Positions 6,441 through 15,431 of a DNA stretch of 32,000 nucleotides are shown here, piece by piece. Location of the stretch: positions 1 to 32,000 of the forward strand of contig CP065016.1 in assembly GCA_016700375.1 (NCBI GenBank), in the 5' to 3' direction. A program made the translations under genes and the position numbers. The number at the start of each line of letters is the position of its first letter. Within the stretch, counting starts at the first letter, position 1. The stretch comes from Candidatus Saccharimonadota bacterium. Lineage in GTDB: Bacteria > Patescibacteriota > Saccharimonadia > Saccharimonadales > UBA4665. The notes under the pieces were generated by a model. The model saw nothing but the letters and a program-made list of their open reading frames with translations, was not told where the DNA came from and ran no database searches.

Positions 6441-7160
6441 TTACCACCAGTGGTTTGCTTGCCAGAATGCGTAGGCGGCTTCCCAGCTGCCGTAGCGGCG
6501 TGTCGCGTAGCCGTCGAAGTATGCATCTTGACAGGCATAGTCGGCACCGCAGGAAGTTCTAAGCACACCGTTGCAGTCCTGACCAAGGCCGTAGCAGCCT
6601 GTAGGGTTGGTAGCATTTGGGTTGTTGCCGCTTTCACGTGAGTATATGTAAGCTTTTGCAGCGTTGGCGCTAATGGGGTAGCTCGTAGCTGGTGCTGCCG
6701 ACCGGGGGGCTGCTGCGCGGTAGCTTGTTGTTACGGGCGTGGCAACCACAACGGGTTGAGGCAATGGCCGCTCGGCTAGGACTTCATCTGCCCTAGGCAC
6801 GCGAACTTGGTCGCCGGGATTAATGACGTTTGGATTTGCAATGGCCGTGTTGGCGAAAAACAGGCGCGTCCAGGTGGTGCCATGAGCTTCGGCAATCTTG
6901 CTGAGGCTATCACCCGGCTGTACCGTTACCATGACTGGCGCTGGAGCTGATGGTTCGGCGGAGGGAGCAGGCTTCACTTCATTTGCCTTTTTCTCCTCTG
7001 TTTGCTTCACTTCGTTTGCGTCGTCAGTCCTGGCCAGCATGACTGTGCTGACAAAATCTTTATCTTGTTGAAAGCCCAGCGTTTGAGCTGATGCATGTGG
7101 CATGGTGATACCACAGAGTACGGTCGCCAGTGCGACCGCTGTTCGTACGGTGTTACGCAT
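6441..7160 (-). CDS. Secreted LysM-domain protein with an Apf/transglycosylase-like C-terminal domain
   Basis: Signal-like N-terminus. LysM segment VTVQPGDSLSKIAEAHGTTWTRLFFAN..INPGDQVRVP. C-terminus YIYSRESGNNPNATNPTGCYGLGQ...RYGSWEAAYAFWQANHWW. AAGGAGG lies upstream. Confidence 0.75.
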   Translation of the reverse strand: MRNTVRTAVALATVLCGITMPHASAQTLGFQQDKDFVSTVMLARTDDANEVKQTEEKKANEVKPAPSAEPSAPAPVMVTVQPGDSLSKIAEAHGTTWTRLFFANTAIANPNVINPGDQVRVPRADEVLAERPLPQPVVVATPVTTSYRAAAPRSAAPATSYPISANAAKAYIYSRESGNNPNATNPTGCYGLGQDCNGVLRTSCGADYACQDAYFDGYATRRYGSWEAAYAFWQANHWW

Positions 7161-7508
7161 AAATACCCTCCTTAAGCGCAGTCCAAGTACAATCCCGGCG
7201 AATAGTATTGAGAGCCAGGGAGGACCGCTCGCGTCAAAAACTCCACCAAAAAGTTTTGGGCACGTGGCAGTAAGGCTAGTTCATAAGCATTTTGGAGTCA
7301 AGCAAAACGAGTGTTATTATGCAATATTTCCAGAGGCCAAAAACATGTTACTTTATTTACAACACAGTGTGATATTTATCACAACAAATTACCATGAATA
7401 AACACAAATAGCTAATATATTTTTAAATATTTTGAAGGTTTCTAAGAAACATGAAAACAAAGAGTAAACAGCAAAAGCGGTTTGTGGTATACTGTGGCTA
7501 CACAAGAG

Positions 7509-8858
7509 ATGATAGAATTTGTTTTGCTTTTTACCTCTCTGCTGCTAATACTCGCGTGCGGTGTCTTTGTCGCAGCGGAGTTTTCACTTATAGCGGTGAA
7601 CCGCACAACGGTAGAAAGGTTGGCCGCTAGAAGCGACGGAAGGGCTAAGGGAGTGCTTCGGGCACTAACCACGCTTTCGACACAGCTTTCGAGCGCGCAG
7701 GTGGGTATAACTATTACAAACCTCCTGATAGGGTTTTTGGCAGAGCCTGCCATATCGGAGCTGATTCGTCCATGGCTAGAAGCTCTGGGTATTTCAGGAA
7801 AGCTGGTCACAACACTTGCGGTGCTACTTGGTTTACTGCTTGCCACTGCACTCACCATGATATTTGGTGAGCTGGTACCCAAAAATCTCGCTATCGCAAA
7901 GCCTGTCGCAACTGCTAAGCGAGTGCAGGGGCCACTGCTGTTTTTTACCTCTGTTATGCAGTGGCCAATTCGTGTGCTGAATGGTAGTGCTAACGCGTTT
8001 TTGCGTAAAATCGGGATAGAGCCGCAGGAGGAACTGGCGTCTGCTCGCTCGGCCGACGAACTAATATCCCTTGTACGCCGTTCGGCCGAAAAAGGAACCA
8101 TTCCCCGCGAAACGGCCATTATGCTCGAGCGCTCGCTTAACTTTGGTGACCTCACGGCGCTTGATGTGATGACCCCACGAGTTCGTGTAAAGGCTCTGCC
8201 AAAAGACGCATATGTCAGTGATGTGTTTGAGCTTGCCAAGCACACAGGGCTATCCCGATTTCCGGTATACGGGCAGAGCCTCGATGATGTGGTTGGTTTT
8301 GTACACATAAAGCACGCGTTGGCGGTGGCGAGAGCAGAGCGCCGTAAGACCGCGCTCAGTACTATTATGCGGCCGCCCATTTTGGTGCCATCCACTATAG
8401 AGCTTGAGCCGTTACTCGAGAATCTGCGAGCAGGGGGATTCCAGATGGCGATTGTTATAGATGAGTTTGGTGGTATGGACGGCCTTGTGACCATAGAAGA
8501 TTTGCTCGAAGAAATTGTGGGAGAGGTGCACGATGAACATGACCGCATACGCTCCGATATCCGGCTTATGAGCGATGGAACATGGTTGCTTTCGGGGCTG
8601 CTGCGTCCTGACGAAGTCGGAGAAGAGCTGGGGATTTTTCTGCCCGAGGAAGAAGAAGTTGAGACCATTGGTGGGCTGATGCTGCATCATCTAGAGAAAA
8701 TCCCCGCGGTTGGCGAGTGGGCGGAACTGCGCTGTGTCGACCGAGAAGGCAACGAAATGATTGCGCTGCTCACAGTTGAACGTATGGACGGGCGACGGAT
8801 AGACCGTATACGGTTACTGCTCAGTACCCCTGGTGAAACAAGTGAGGGGGCGGTATGA
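7509..8858 (+). CDS. CNNM/DUF21 + CBS pair + CorC_HlyC domain protein (hemolysin-family, putative Mg/Co efflux)
   Basis: DUF21 N-terminus (AAEFSLIAV), CBS region, and a C-terminal IGGLMLHHLEKIPAVGE...RIDRIRL. Start placed at ATG 7509, downstream of TGGTATACT (7485-7493). Confidence 0.85.
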   Translation: MIEFVLLFTSLLLILACGVFVAAEFSLIAVNRTTVERLAARSDGRAKGVLRALTTLSTQLSSAQVGITITNLLIGFLAEPAISELIRPWLEALGISGKLVTTLAVLLGLLLATALTMIFGELVPKNLAIAKPVATAKRVQGPLLFFTSVMQWPIRVLNGSANAFLRKIGIEPQEELASARSADELISLVRRSAEKGTIPRETAIMLERSLNFGDLTALDVMTPRVRVKALPKDAYVSDVFELAKHTGLSRFPVYGQSLDDVVGFVHIKHALAVARAERRKTALSTIMRPPILVPSTIELEPLLENLRAGGFQMAIVIDEFGGMDGLVTIEDLLEEIVGEVHDEHDRIRSDIRLMSDGTWLLSGLLRPDEVGEELGIFLPEEEEVETIGGLMLHHLEKIPAVGEWAELRCVDREGNEMIALLTVERMDGRRIDRIRLLLSTPGETSEGAV

Positions 8859-9892
8859 GCGTAGAAATGGGGCTTTTTATTACCATCATGATGTTACTGG
8901 GCAATGCTTTTTTTGTGGGAGCAGAGTTTGCACTTGTTTCTGCCCGTCGGAGCAATATTGAGCTTGCAGCGTTGGCCGGTTCGCGTACCGCAAAAGTTAC
9001 GCTGCACGCCATGGAGCGTGTGTCGCTTATGCTTGCAGGTGCTCAGTTAGGCGTAACTGTTTGTAGCCTGGTGCTCGGTGCTGCCGGCGAACCGCTTATT
9101 GCGCATCTGCTAGATGAGCCTCTCCATGCTTTGGGAGTGTCGGCGGCATGGAATCACCCTATAGCATTTGCGGTTGCGCTATCGCTAATGGTGTATTTAC
9201 ACGTTGTTATTGGCGAGATGATACCGAAAAATATATCGCTTGCTACATCCACGAAAGCAGCACTCATTTTGGTTCCGCCCCTACACTTATTTGTGAAGAT
9301 GACTCGTCCGGTGGTGGTGACACTAAACGCCTTGGCAAATGCTATCGTGCGCGCAATGGGCATCCACCCAAGTGATGAAATCCGGAGCAGCTTTAGTCGT
9401 GACGAAGTGGCTGGGTTTGTCAAAGAATCTCACCGCGAAGGGCTGCTTAGCCGTGAGGAAGAGTCCCTGCTATCGAACACCCTTGATCTTGAAGACCATA
9501 GCGTGAAGCGGGTTATCATACCACTCAACCAGCTCATTGTTACTTCTGCGCATCCGACTCCAGCAGAAATAGAAAATCTCTGCGCTAGTACCGGTTTTTC
9601 ACGATTTCTGGTTCCGGGCAAAAAGGGCTCACTGCGCGGGTATTTGCACATAAAAGATGTGCTGCAGTTTGCAGACGAAAAAGCCCATGAACCGCTGGCT
9701 CCGAACCACATACGGCCACTCGGCATGATTCGCCCCGGCACAAGCTTGCGCAGCGCGCTGCTTAGTATGCAGCAGTCTGGGTCACACGTAGCACAGGTGG
9801 TCAACGGCCACGGGGTTGTAACGGGAGCGGCCATGCTCGAAGACGTGCTAGAGGAGCTCATCGGCACCATTCGCGACGAAACTAGGAAATAA
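8855..9892 (+). CDS. CNNM/DUF21 + CBS domain protein (paralog, no CorC_HlyC domain)
   Basis: GAEFALVSARR, IGEMIPKN and a CBS pair. Its ATG overlaps the upstream stop (ATGA at 8855-8858). Confidence 0.85.
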   Translation: MSVEMGLFITIMMLLGNAFFVGAEFALVSARRSNIELAALAGSRTAKVTLHAMERVSLMLAGAQLGVTVCSLVLGAAGEPLIAHLLDEPLHALGVSAAWNHPIAFAVALSLMVYLHVVIGEMIPKNISLATSTKAALILVPPLHLFVKMTRPVVVTLNALANAIVRAMGIHPSDEIRSSFSRDEVAGFVKESHREGLLSREEESLLSNTLDLEDHSVKRVIIPLNQLIVTSAHPTPAEIENLCASTGFSRFLVPGKKGSLRGYLHIKDVLQFADEKAHEPLAPNHIRPLGMIRPGTSLRSALLSMQQSGSHVAQVVNGHGVVTGAAMLEDVLEELIGTIRDETRK

Positions 9893-10149
9893 GCAGCATA
9901 CATTTTAGCTTGGGTCATTAGGGAGAATTGGATCTCGTGGAAGCAGACATGGTCTGATGCAGCAAAGGCAGGAGTTGACGTATACGCGGACCACCATCTT
10001 CTACTATACTTGTTTTTAGTAGAGTACCTCGATAGTCTCTATGTATACCTATTGAATATTGAAGATAGCTGACCTACCCTTCATGCAGTAGTATAGTACC
10101 GACAATACTATTGGATTATTAATAACATAGTCGTACAATCAAACGAAGA

Positions 10150-10644
10150 ATGAGCAATAGCAAAGAAATACAACCAGCGCAACAGGCACCGGTTAATCTG
10201 ACTATCAGTTGTGCGGATTGTCCGTTATCTCCCTGCCCGAAGCAATGGTACGCGGACGCAGTCAGGAATGGTATGGAGACTTTAGAGGAAGATACATTCA
10301 CATATGTATTAAACAATACTGATGCCACCGATCCATTAGATGCAGGTGCTAATCATCTCCTCGCAGCCGAATCTGCCGCAATAGAATTACTGAACGGCAA
10401 CATTGGAACATCCAATCAACAAATCACTATGGCAGGTGTACGTTATAGAGCTTTGAAGGCATTGGGCGAGCTGGGAAAGCTTGGGTGTCAAGGGCCAACC
10501 TACAAGAGGCGCCCCAGATTCTTAGAGTGGTTGGGTATCACCCAGCCAAAGCTTGTCTGCGGAATGAAAATGACGCCTCGACAATTCGGAAAACGTATGA
10601 ACAAAATATGGGAACTCAGTGAAGTCGAGACCCCGAGACTATAG
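10150..10644 (+). CDS. Hypothetical protein (164 aa), orphan
   Basis: Intact ORF in a region of lower GC. No recognisable motifs beyond a Cys-rich N-terminus (CADCPLSPCP). Confidence 0.5.
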   Translation: MSNSKEIQPAQQAPVNLTISCADCPLSPCPKQWYADAVRNGMETLEEDTFTYVLNNTDATDPLDAGANHLLAAESAAIELLNGNIGTSNQQITMAGVRYRALKALGELGKLGCQGPTYKRRPRFLEWLGITQPKLVCGMKMTPRQFGKRMNKIWELSEVETPRL

Positions 10645-10710
10645 CTTCATAAACGACACTATGGTATGATAGTGGACAACAAGGAGGCGTCCTCAGGGGC
10701 GCTTTATTTT

Positions 10711-10764
10711 ATGAAACAAGACCCGAGTAAAATCCGAAATATTGCTATCATTGCGCACGTTGAG
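10711..10764 (+). pseudogene. Diverged duplicate of the typA 5' end
   Basis: It encodes [18 protein letters not shown], compared with [19 protein letters not shown] at 10854. Fourteen consecutive codons give identical residues despite 10 nucleotide differences, all synonymous. The frame then departs from typA. Confidence 0.7.
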
Positions 10765-10853
10765 TGTATGAGACACCTGCAGGCAGGTTTCTCATCGCGC
10801 CGTCAAAAAGACGTAACTTTTTGTCGGGCTGCTCTTCCCGTTCGGAGCACAAC

Positions 10854-12683
10854 ATGAGCACTCAGGACCCATCAAAAATTAGGAATATCGCGATTATTGC
10901 GCACGTTGACCATGGGAAAACGACGTTAGTTGATGGGCTGCTGAAACAGAGCCATACCTTTCGTGAAAACCAAGCCGAAATGAGCCAAGAGCTCATCATG
11001 GACAGCGGGGATCAAGAGCGCGAGCGGGGCATTACCATTACGGCAAAAGTGACGGCGGTGCAGCACGGTGACTACCGTATAAACATTGTCGATACGCCTG
11101 GTCACGCCGACTTTTCGGGCGAGGTGGAGCGCACGCTGAACATGGCCGATGGCTGCCTGCTGATTGTCGATGCACAGGAAGGTCCTATGCCGCAGACCAA
11201 ATTTGTTCTGGAACGGGCACTTGAGGCGGAACTTAAGCCTATTGTGGTGATTAACAAAATTGATAAACCCGGTTCGCGCATTGCTGAGGTAGAGGATGAG
11301 CTAGCTGATTTGTTTTTAGAGCTCGCCGTTCATGAAGACCAGCTTCACTACCCGGTGTACTACGCCATTGGCCGAGAGGGCAAAGCTTGGGTTTCCGTCC
11401 CGGATGACGCGACGACAGAGGCCGATTTAACCCCATTGTTCGACGCGGTTATTGAGAAAATCCCGGCACCAACAGTTGAAGTCGACAAGCCGTTCCAAAT
11501 GCTGGTGACGGCACTGGCGTGGGACAACTTTAAGGGAAAGTACGCCATAGGCCGGATTACGCGCGGCAGAGTGAAGGCTGGTGACCAAGTGGCGCTCTGC
11601 AAAAAAGATGGCACGACTACGAAAGCTAAAGTTGAGCTGGTTTTTATGAGCCAGGGTATCAGCAAATACGAAGTGCCCGAGGGTGTGGCCGGAGACATTG
11701 TGCAGCTTACCGGCATTGCCGGTGCGCAAATAGGCGAGACCATTGCCGACGCACTGCAGCCCGAAGCGCTGCCAACCATAGAAGTTGAGGCGCCGACACT
11801 CCGTATATACCTTGGTCCGAACACCAGTCCGTTTAAGGGCAAAGAAGGCGAGTTCAACACATCGCGCCAAATTAGCGAACGCTTGCAAAAAGAACTAGAA
11901 ACAAACGTTGGTTTGCAGGTGAGCGATGATGGAATTGGCTTTACGGTGGCTGGGCGCGGCGAACTGCACCTGGGTGTGCTTATAGAAACCATGCGCCGTG
12001 AAGGGTACGAGTTTGAGGTTGGACGTCCACAGGTTGTAACGCACGTCGAAAACGGCGTAGAAGTTGAACCGGTGGAGGAAGTTATCATCGAAGTGCCAGC
12101 TGAGCATGTCGGCACTGTGCAAATGGAGCTTGGCCAGCGCCGCGCGACGCTAAAAGAACAATTTGCGAGCCCCAAGGGCGTTACTAAGCTTATATACGAA
12201 ATGCCGACTCGCGCGCTGCTCGGTATGCGCAACATTCTGCTCACAAATACCAAGGGCACTATAGTTATGAACACGCTAGTCACCGGCTATGCGCCGGTTG
12301 GTCAGGCACTCGAACAGCTGCGAAATGGCGTGCTCATTGCCTTCGAAACGGGTACGACTATGCCGTATAGCCTCGAGACGGCCGAAGCGCGCGGCGCGTT
12401 ATTCGTTGGTCCGGCTGCTCAGGTGTACGCCGGGCAAATCATCGGCCTTGCTAACAAACGCGAAGATATGGAAATAAACATCTGCAAAGCCAAACACCTT
12501 ACCAACATGCGCAGTAAAAGCAGTGACGGCGTAGTACAGCTAACGCCACCAACTATCTATAGCCTAGAGCAGTGCCTTGACTTCATCGAAAATGACGAGC
12601 TGCTGGAAGTGACCCCTGAGAACTTGCGTCTCCGCAAACGCGAACTCGACCCCAACAAACGCAAACGAAATAATAAATATTGA
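10854..12683 (+). CDS. typA: Translational GTPase TypA/BipA
   Basis: [25 protein letters not shown] and NKID G-motifs, with EF-G-like domains through to the C-terminus. Start placed at ATG 10854. Confidence 0.95.
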   Translation: MSTQDPSKIRNIAIIAHVDHGKTTLVDGLLKQSHTFRENQAEMSQELIMDSGDQERERGITITAKVTAVQHGDYRINIVDTPGHADFSGEVERTLNMADGCLLIVDAQEGPMPQTKFVLERALEAELKPIVVINKIDKPGSRIAEVEDELADLFLELAVHEDQLHYPVYYAIGREGKAWVSVPDDATTEADLTPLFDAVIEKIPAPTVEVDKPFQMLVTALAWDNFKGKYAIGRITRGRVKAGDQVALCKKDGTTTKAKVELVFMSQGISKYEVPEGVAGDIVQLTGIAGAQIGETIADALQPEALPTIEVEAPTLRIYLGPNTSPFKGKEGEFNTSRQISERLQKELETNVGLQVSDDGIGFTVAGRGELHLGVLIETMRREGYEFEVGRPQVVTHVENGVEVEPVEEVIIEVPAEHVGTVQMELGQRRATLKEQFASPKGVTKLIYEMPTRALLGMRNILLTNTKGTIVMNTLVTGYAPVGQALEQLRNGVLIAFETGTTMPYSLETAEARGALFVGPAAQVYAGQIIGLANKREDMEINICKAKHLTNMRSKSSDGVVQLTPPTIYSLEQCLDFIENDELLEVTPENLRLRKRELDPNKRKRNNKY

Positions 12684-13433
12684 TTATCTATCAAAATTTA
12701 GTGGTCCCATCGCAATCGGGTCTATGGGAACCAAGGCTATCGAAGACGAATCTTCTTCGCTGACTAGGAGATTGCCTGGACGTAATCTCACTTTGCCCGA
12801 AAACTTATCAACGTAGAAGATGTCCGGTTCGATTTCACTTGTATCGATAAGCCCACTTGCACGCAACGCACGAACCATCAATGCTTCTGTTTCATTAGGG
12901 GGTGGCATCTGGTCATCCTTAAGACTTGGTTTATCAATGTAGGCACTCAGCATAGTGGTTCTTATGTATATCTCATATTCGGGGCGGCTAGGCTTGAATA
13001 CTAATAGGGGTTTTGGGGGTAGAAAAATGTATTTTTTCTCTCTTGGAACATCTGTTGTAAATGCATTCGTACCCTGCCTGCACAATTCATTTAGTCCGTG
13101 TGAAAGTGAGACCAGTGCTCTCGTCGCAGAAATTCCTACGAGCCCATCCATGTCGGTAGCGCGAATAGCCCTTTTTTGCGCAATCTCAAAGCCATCTAGG
13201 TTAATTCGGCTGACCACCCCGGCATAACCGCTTCCGACCCGACAAGATGAATCCGCTGTCTCCTTTGGGTCTGCCAGCAATATATCAATACTGCCTAACA
13301 ACTGTTCTTCGTAAACTGGGTTTATGGCTAACAGCCCGCCATTATCTCCAAAGTCGCTTACACCGTATTGATTCCATGGATTTTCTCCATCGGCTGACAT
13401 GTGTAAAGACTCACGTATTGATGTTAATCGCAT
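12684..13433 (-). CDS. Hypothetical protein (249 aa)
   Basis: Intact ORF. Its ATG abuts the stop of the upstream gene (TAAATG at 13431-13436). No TM segment and no recognisable motif. Confidence 0.55.
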   Translation of the reverse strand: MRLTSIRESLHMSADGENPWNQYGVSDFGDNGGLLAINPVYEEQLLGSIDILLADPKETADSSCRVGSGYAGVVSRINLDGFEIAQKRAIRATDMDGLVGISATRALVSLSHGLNELCRQGTNAFTTDVPREKKYIFLPPKPLLVFKPSRPEYEIYIRTTMLSAYIDKPSLKDDQMPPPNETEALMVRALRASGLIDTSEIEPDIFYVDKFSGKVRLRPGNLLVSEEDSSSIALVPIDPIAMGPLNFDR

Positions 13434-14300
13434 TTACAATACCGCGCCCTGGGTGGCGCCGTGGTTAGTTTGTGAGTCGTAGAGTTCATTTGCCGTGTTG
13501 AGCATGGTAACGTGGCTGTCTATAATGCTTTGAGTTTGGCGTGTTAGTGTGGCGCAGTCCATGTTGCCTGTGTTTTGGAGCGCTGTAGCGAGCCTGGTGG
13601 CGTACTCTATATCCAGAGCGGTGTGACCGTCTTCGTGGGTTTTGAGTGCATGGCTATACGCATCCCAAGTGGAAGTCACCGATGGTGGCGTAGTGCTCCC
13701 GGGTGAAAACATTGGCATAAACTGATTAACATGTAGGCCGACCCGGACATTTTCTAGACGGCAAACGCCATTTGTAGCCACAGGCGTGTATGCCCAATTA
13801 AGCTGGTAAGCGGTGAGGGCGTGATACGACCCGGCGGCACGCCGCGCAGGGCAGTTCAGCACAGCGGTGCGGAGTGCGGAAAGGCTACTACCATATACTT
13901 CATAGTGCGTGGGCGGGTCAATGACATTGGTTAGGCCTGTGGCGGTCGACGTGAGGCTGAGTGCATTCGGCAGGGTGTAGCCAGCACTCGTGCAGCTTTT
14001 TGGCTTTTCCATGGTCGCAACCACCGTTGGCTGGTTGGGTGCGCCAGCGGCCACTTGGGTGCTAAGGGTTTGAGGGGATGTAGGGGGCTGGGGTGTCGAG
14101 GGCGCGGATTCGTTTGTAGCGTAGGCTATTGGCGTTACGCTAGCGTTCGGAAAAAGCTGCCCGGTCACTCGGAAGAGGTTGCCGTATACGAGCATAAAGA
14201 GGCAGAATAAGTAGGCGACACCGGAGTAGCGTTTCTGGAACGCTGGCTTCGTACCTATATAGGACGCGTCTGAAACGCGTTTTTTACCTCTCAAAATCAC
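13434..14300 (-). CDS. DUF922-like putative secreted Zn-metalloprotease
   Basis: N-terminal TM anchor, a Pro/Thr-rich linker, then a domain ending in WDAYSHALKTHEDGH (HExxH). A GTG start at 14300 lies 9 nt after AAAGGAG. The TTG at 14306 is too close to the SD. Confidence 0.6.
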   Translation of the reverse strand: MILRGKKRVSDASYIGTKPAFQKRYSGVAYLFCLFMLVYGNLFRVTGQLFPNASVTPIAYATNESAPSTPQPPTSPQTLSTQVAAGAPNQPTVVATMEKPKSCTSAGYTLPNALSLTSTATGLTNVIDPPTHYEVYGSSLSALRTAVLNCPARRAAGSYHALTAYQLNWAYTPVATNGVCRLENVRVGLHVNQFMPMFSPGSTTPPSVTSTWDAYSHALKTHEDGHTALDIEYATRLATALQNTGNMDCATLTRQTQSIIDSHVTMLNTANELYDSQTNHGATQGAVL

Positions 14301-14379
14301 TCCCAAAAACTCCTTTACCCGTGGTCAATCCGCGAGTAAAGTATATTATAGCAAAAAAACACAAAAAAAGCAATATTAT

Positions 14380-14397
14380 GGTTTCATTTATGAAACC
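14380..14397. promoter_or_regulatory. Perfect palindrome GGTTTCAT-TT-ATGAAACC in a divergent promoter region
   Basis: 8-bp arms, read directly. It lies between the DUF922 operon (minus) and corA (plus), next to an A-tract (14353-14369). Confidence 0.4.
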
Positions 14398-14449
14398 AGT
14401 GTGTTACACTTACGGTAATAGACGCTAAACGAGCGAAAAAGCTCAGGGA

Positions 14450-15385
14450 ATGTTCTGCATGGTACAGATTTACTACAGCCGCGCACGCGAAAGAGCACTG
14501 CAAAAACTCGACACGCCTCGTGCTGGGTCTTGGATTGCTGTGACGAGTCCGTCAGAAAAAGACCTCGACATGCTGAGTGAAACGTACGGATTGGATCGGG
14601 ACACGCTTGAGGACGCCATAGATATATATGAAGCGCCGCGTATTGAGACATACCAAGGGGCTGTCTACCTCTTTACGCGCTATTGCCACCCCGAGGGAGC
14701 AGAAATTGCAACTGAGCCACTGCTGATTGTTTATACCAATGACTATATTTTCACCGTTTCACGTATAGAAACGACACTGCTCGACCGGTTGGTGCATGAC
14801 CAACTAGAGTTTGTGACGACACAAAAGACAAAAACCGTGCTTTGGATGCTCGACGAAATAAACAAATCGTATGAAAAGCACCTTACGAAAGTGGCGCGTC
14901 GGGTGTTGCAACTACGGGCCGAACTTCGACAGTCGCGTTTGAGCGCAAAGGAATTCGTGCGTATTATTGAGCTTGAAGAAGACCTCAACGAGTTTCTTTC
15001 GGCCCTACAGCCCCAGTCGCTTCTATTCAATTCGCTGCTGGGGGGCAAGTATCTGCGGCTGTACGAAGATGACCGCGATATGATAGAAGACATAGAACGC
15101 AGCACTGGCGAGCTGATTGGTCAGGTACAGGGGAGACTGCGCACGCTCGTGAACATGCGCCAGGCCTACGATGCGATTGCTACGACAAACCTGAACGCGA
15201 CGTTTAAGCGACTTACCTCTATTGCCATATTTCTAACCATTCCGACTATAGTAGGTGGACTGTGGGGGATGAATGTGGCAGTGCCGTTTGCCGACAACCA
15301 GTATGCGTTTGCGTTTGTGCTTGCGATAGTGCTCGGCCTGTCGGCACTGGCCGTGCTGCTATTTCGCAAAAACAAATGGCTGTAG
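14450..15385 (+). CDS. corA: CorA-family Mg2+/Co2+ transporter
   Basis: C-terminal two TM helices with the GMN motif (GGLWGMNVAVPF). The start could instead be ATG 14459. Confidence 0.85.
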   Translation: MFCMVQIYYSRARERALQKLDTPRAGSWIAVTSPSEKDLDMLSETYGLDRDTLEDAIDIYEAPRIETYQGAVYLFTRYCHPEGAEIATEPLLIVYTNDYIFTVSRIETTLLDRLVHDQLEFVTTQKTKTVLWMLDEINKSYEKHLTKVARRVLQLRAELRQSRLSAKEFVRIIELEEDLNEFLSALQPQSLLFNSLLGGKYLRLYEDDRDMIEDIERSTGELIGQVQGRLRTLVNMRQAYDAIATTNLNATFKRLTSIAIFLTIPTIVGGLWGMNVAVPFADNQYAFAFVLAIVLGLSALAVLLFRKNKWL

Positions 15386-15431
15386 TTCTCGGCTAGTGCA
15401 CGCGGAAGTCGTTTGCTATACTAGACCGAGC

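Noticed and set aside
7442-8668. 408-aa Ser-rich ORF on the minus strand
   Set aside because: It lies entirely antisense to the well-supported CNNM/CorC gene. Its low-complexity Ser/Arg-rich translation is typical of a shadow frame.
10711-10910. typA 5' duplicate as a DGR template/variable repeat pair
   Set aside because: The differences are not adenine-specific and are all synonymous. No reverse transcriptase is present in the window.
11360-12283. 307-aa ORF on the minus strand inside typA
   Set aside because: It is antisense to an unambiguous GTPase gene, and its Ser/Thr/Pro-rich composition marks a shadow ORF.
15386-15431. yybP-ykoY (Mn) riboswitch upstream of the TerC-like DUF475 gene, or an M-box upstream of corA
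   Set aside because: The spacers are only 46 nt and 143 nt and show none of the conserved cores.
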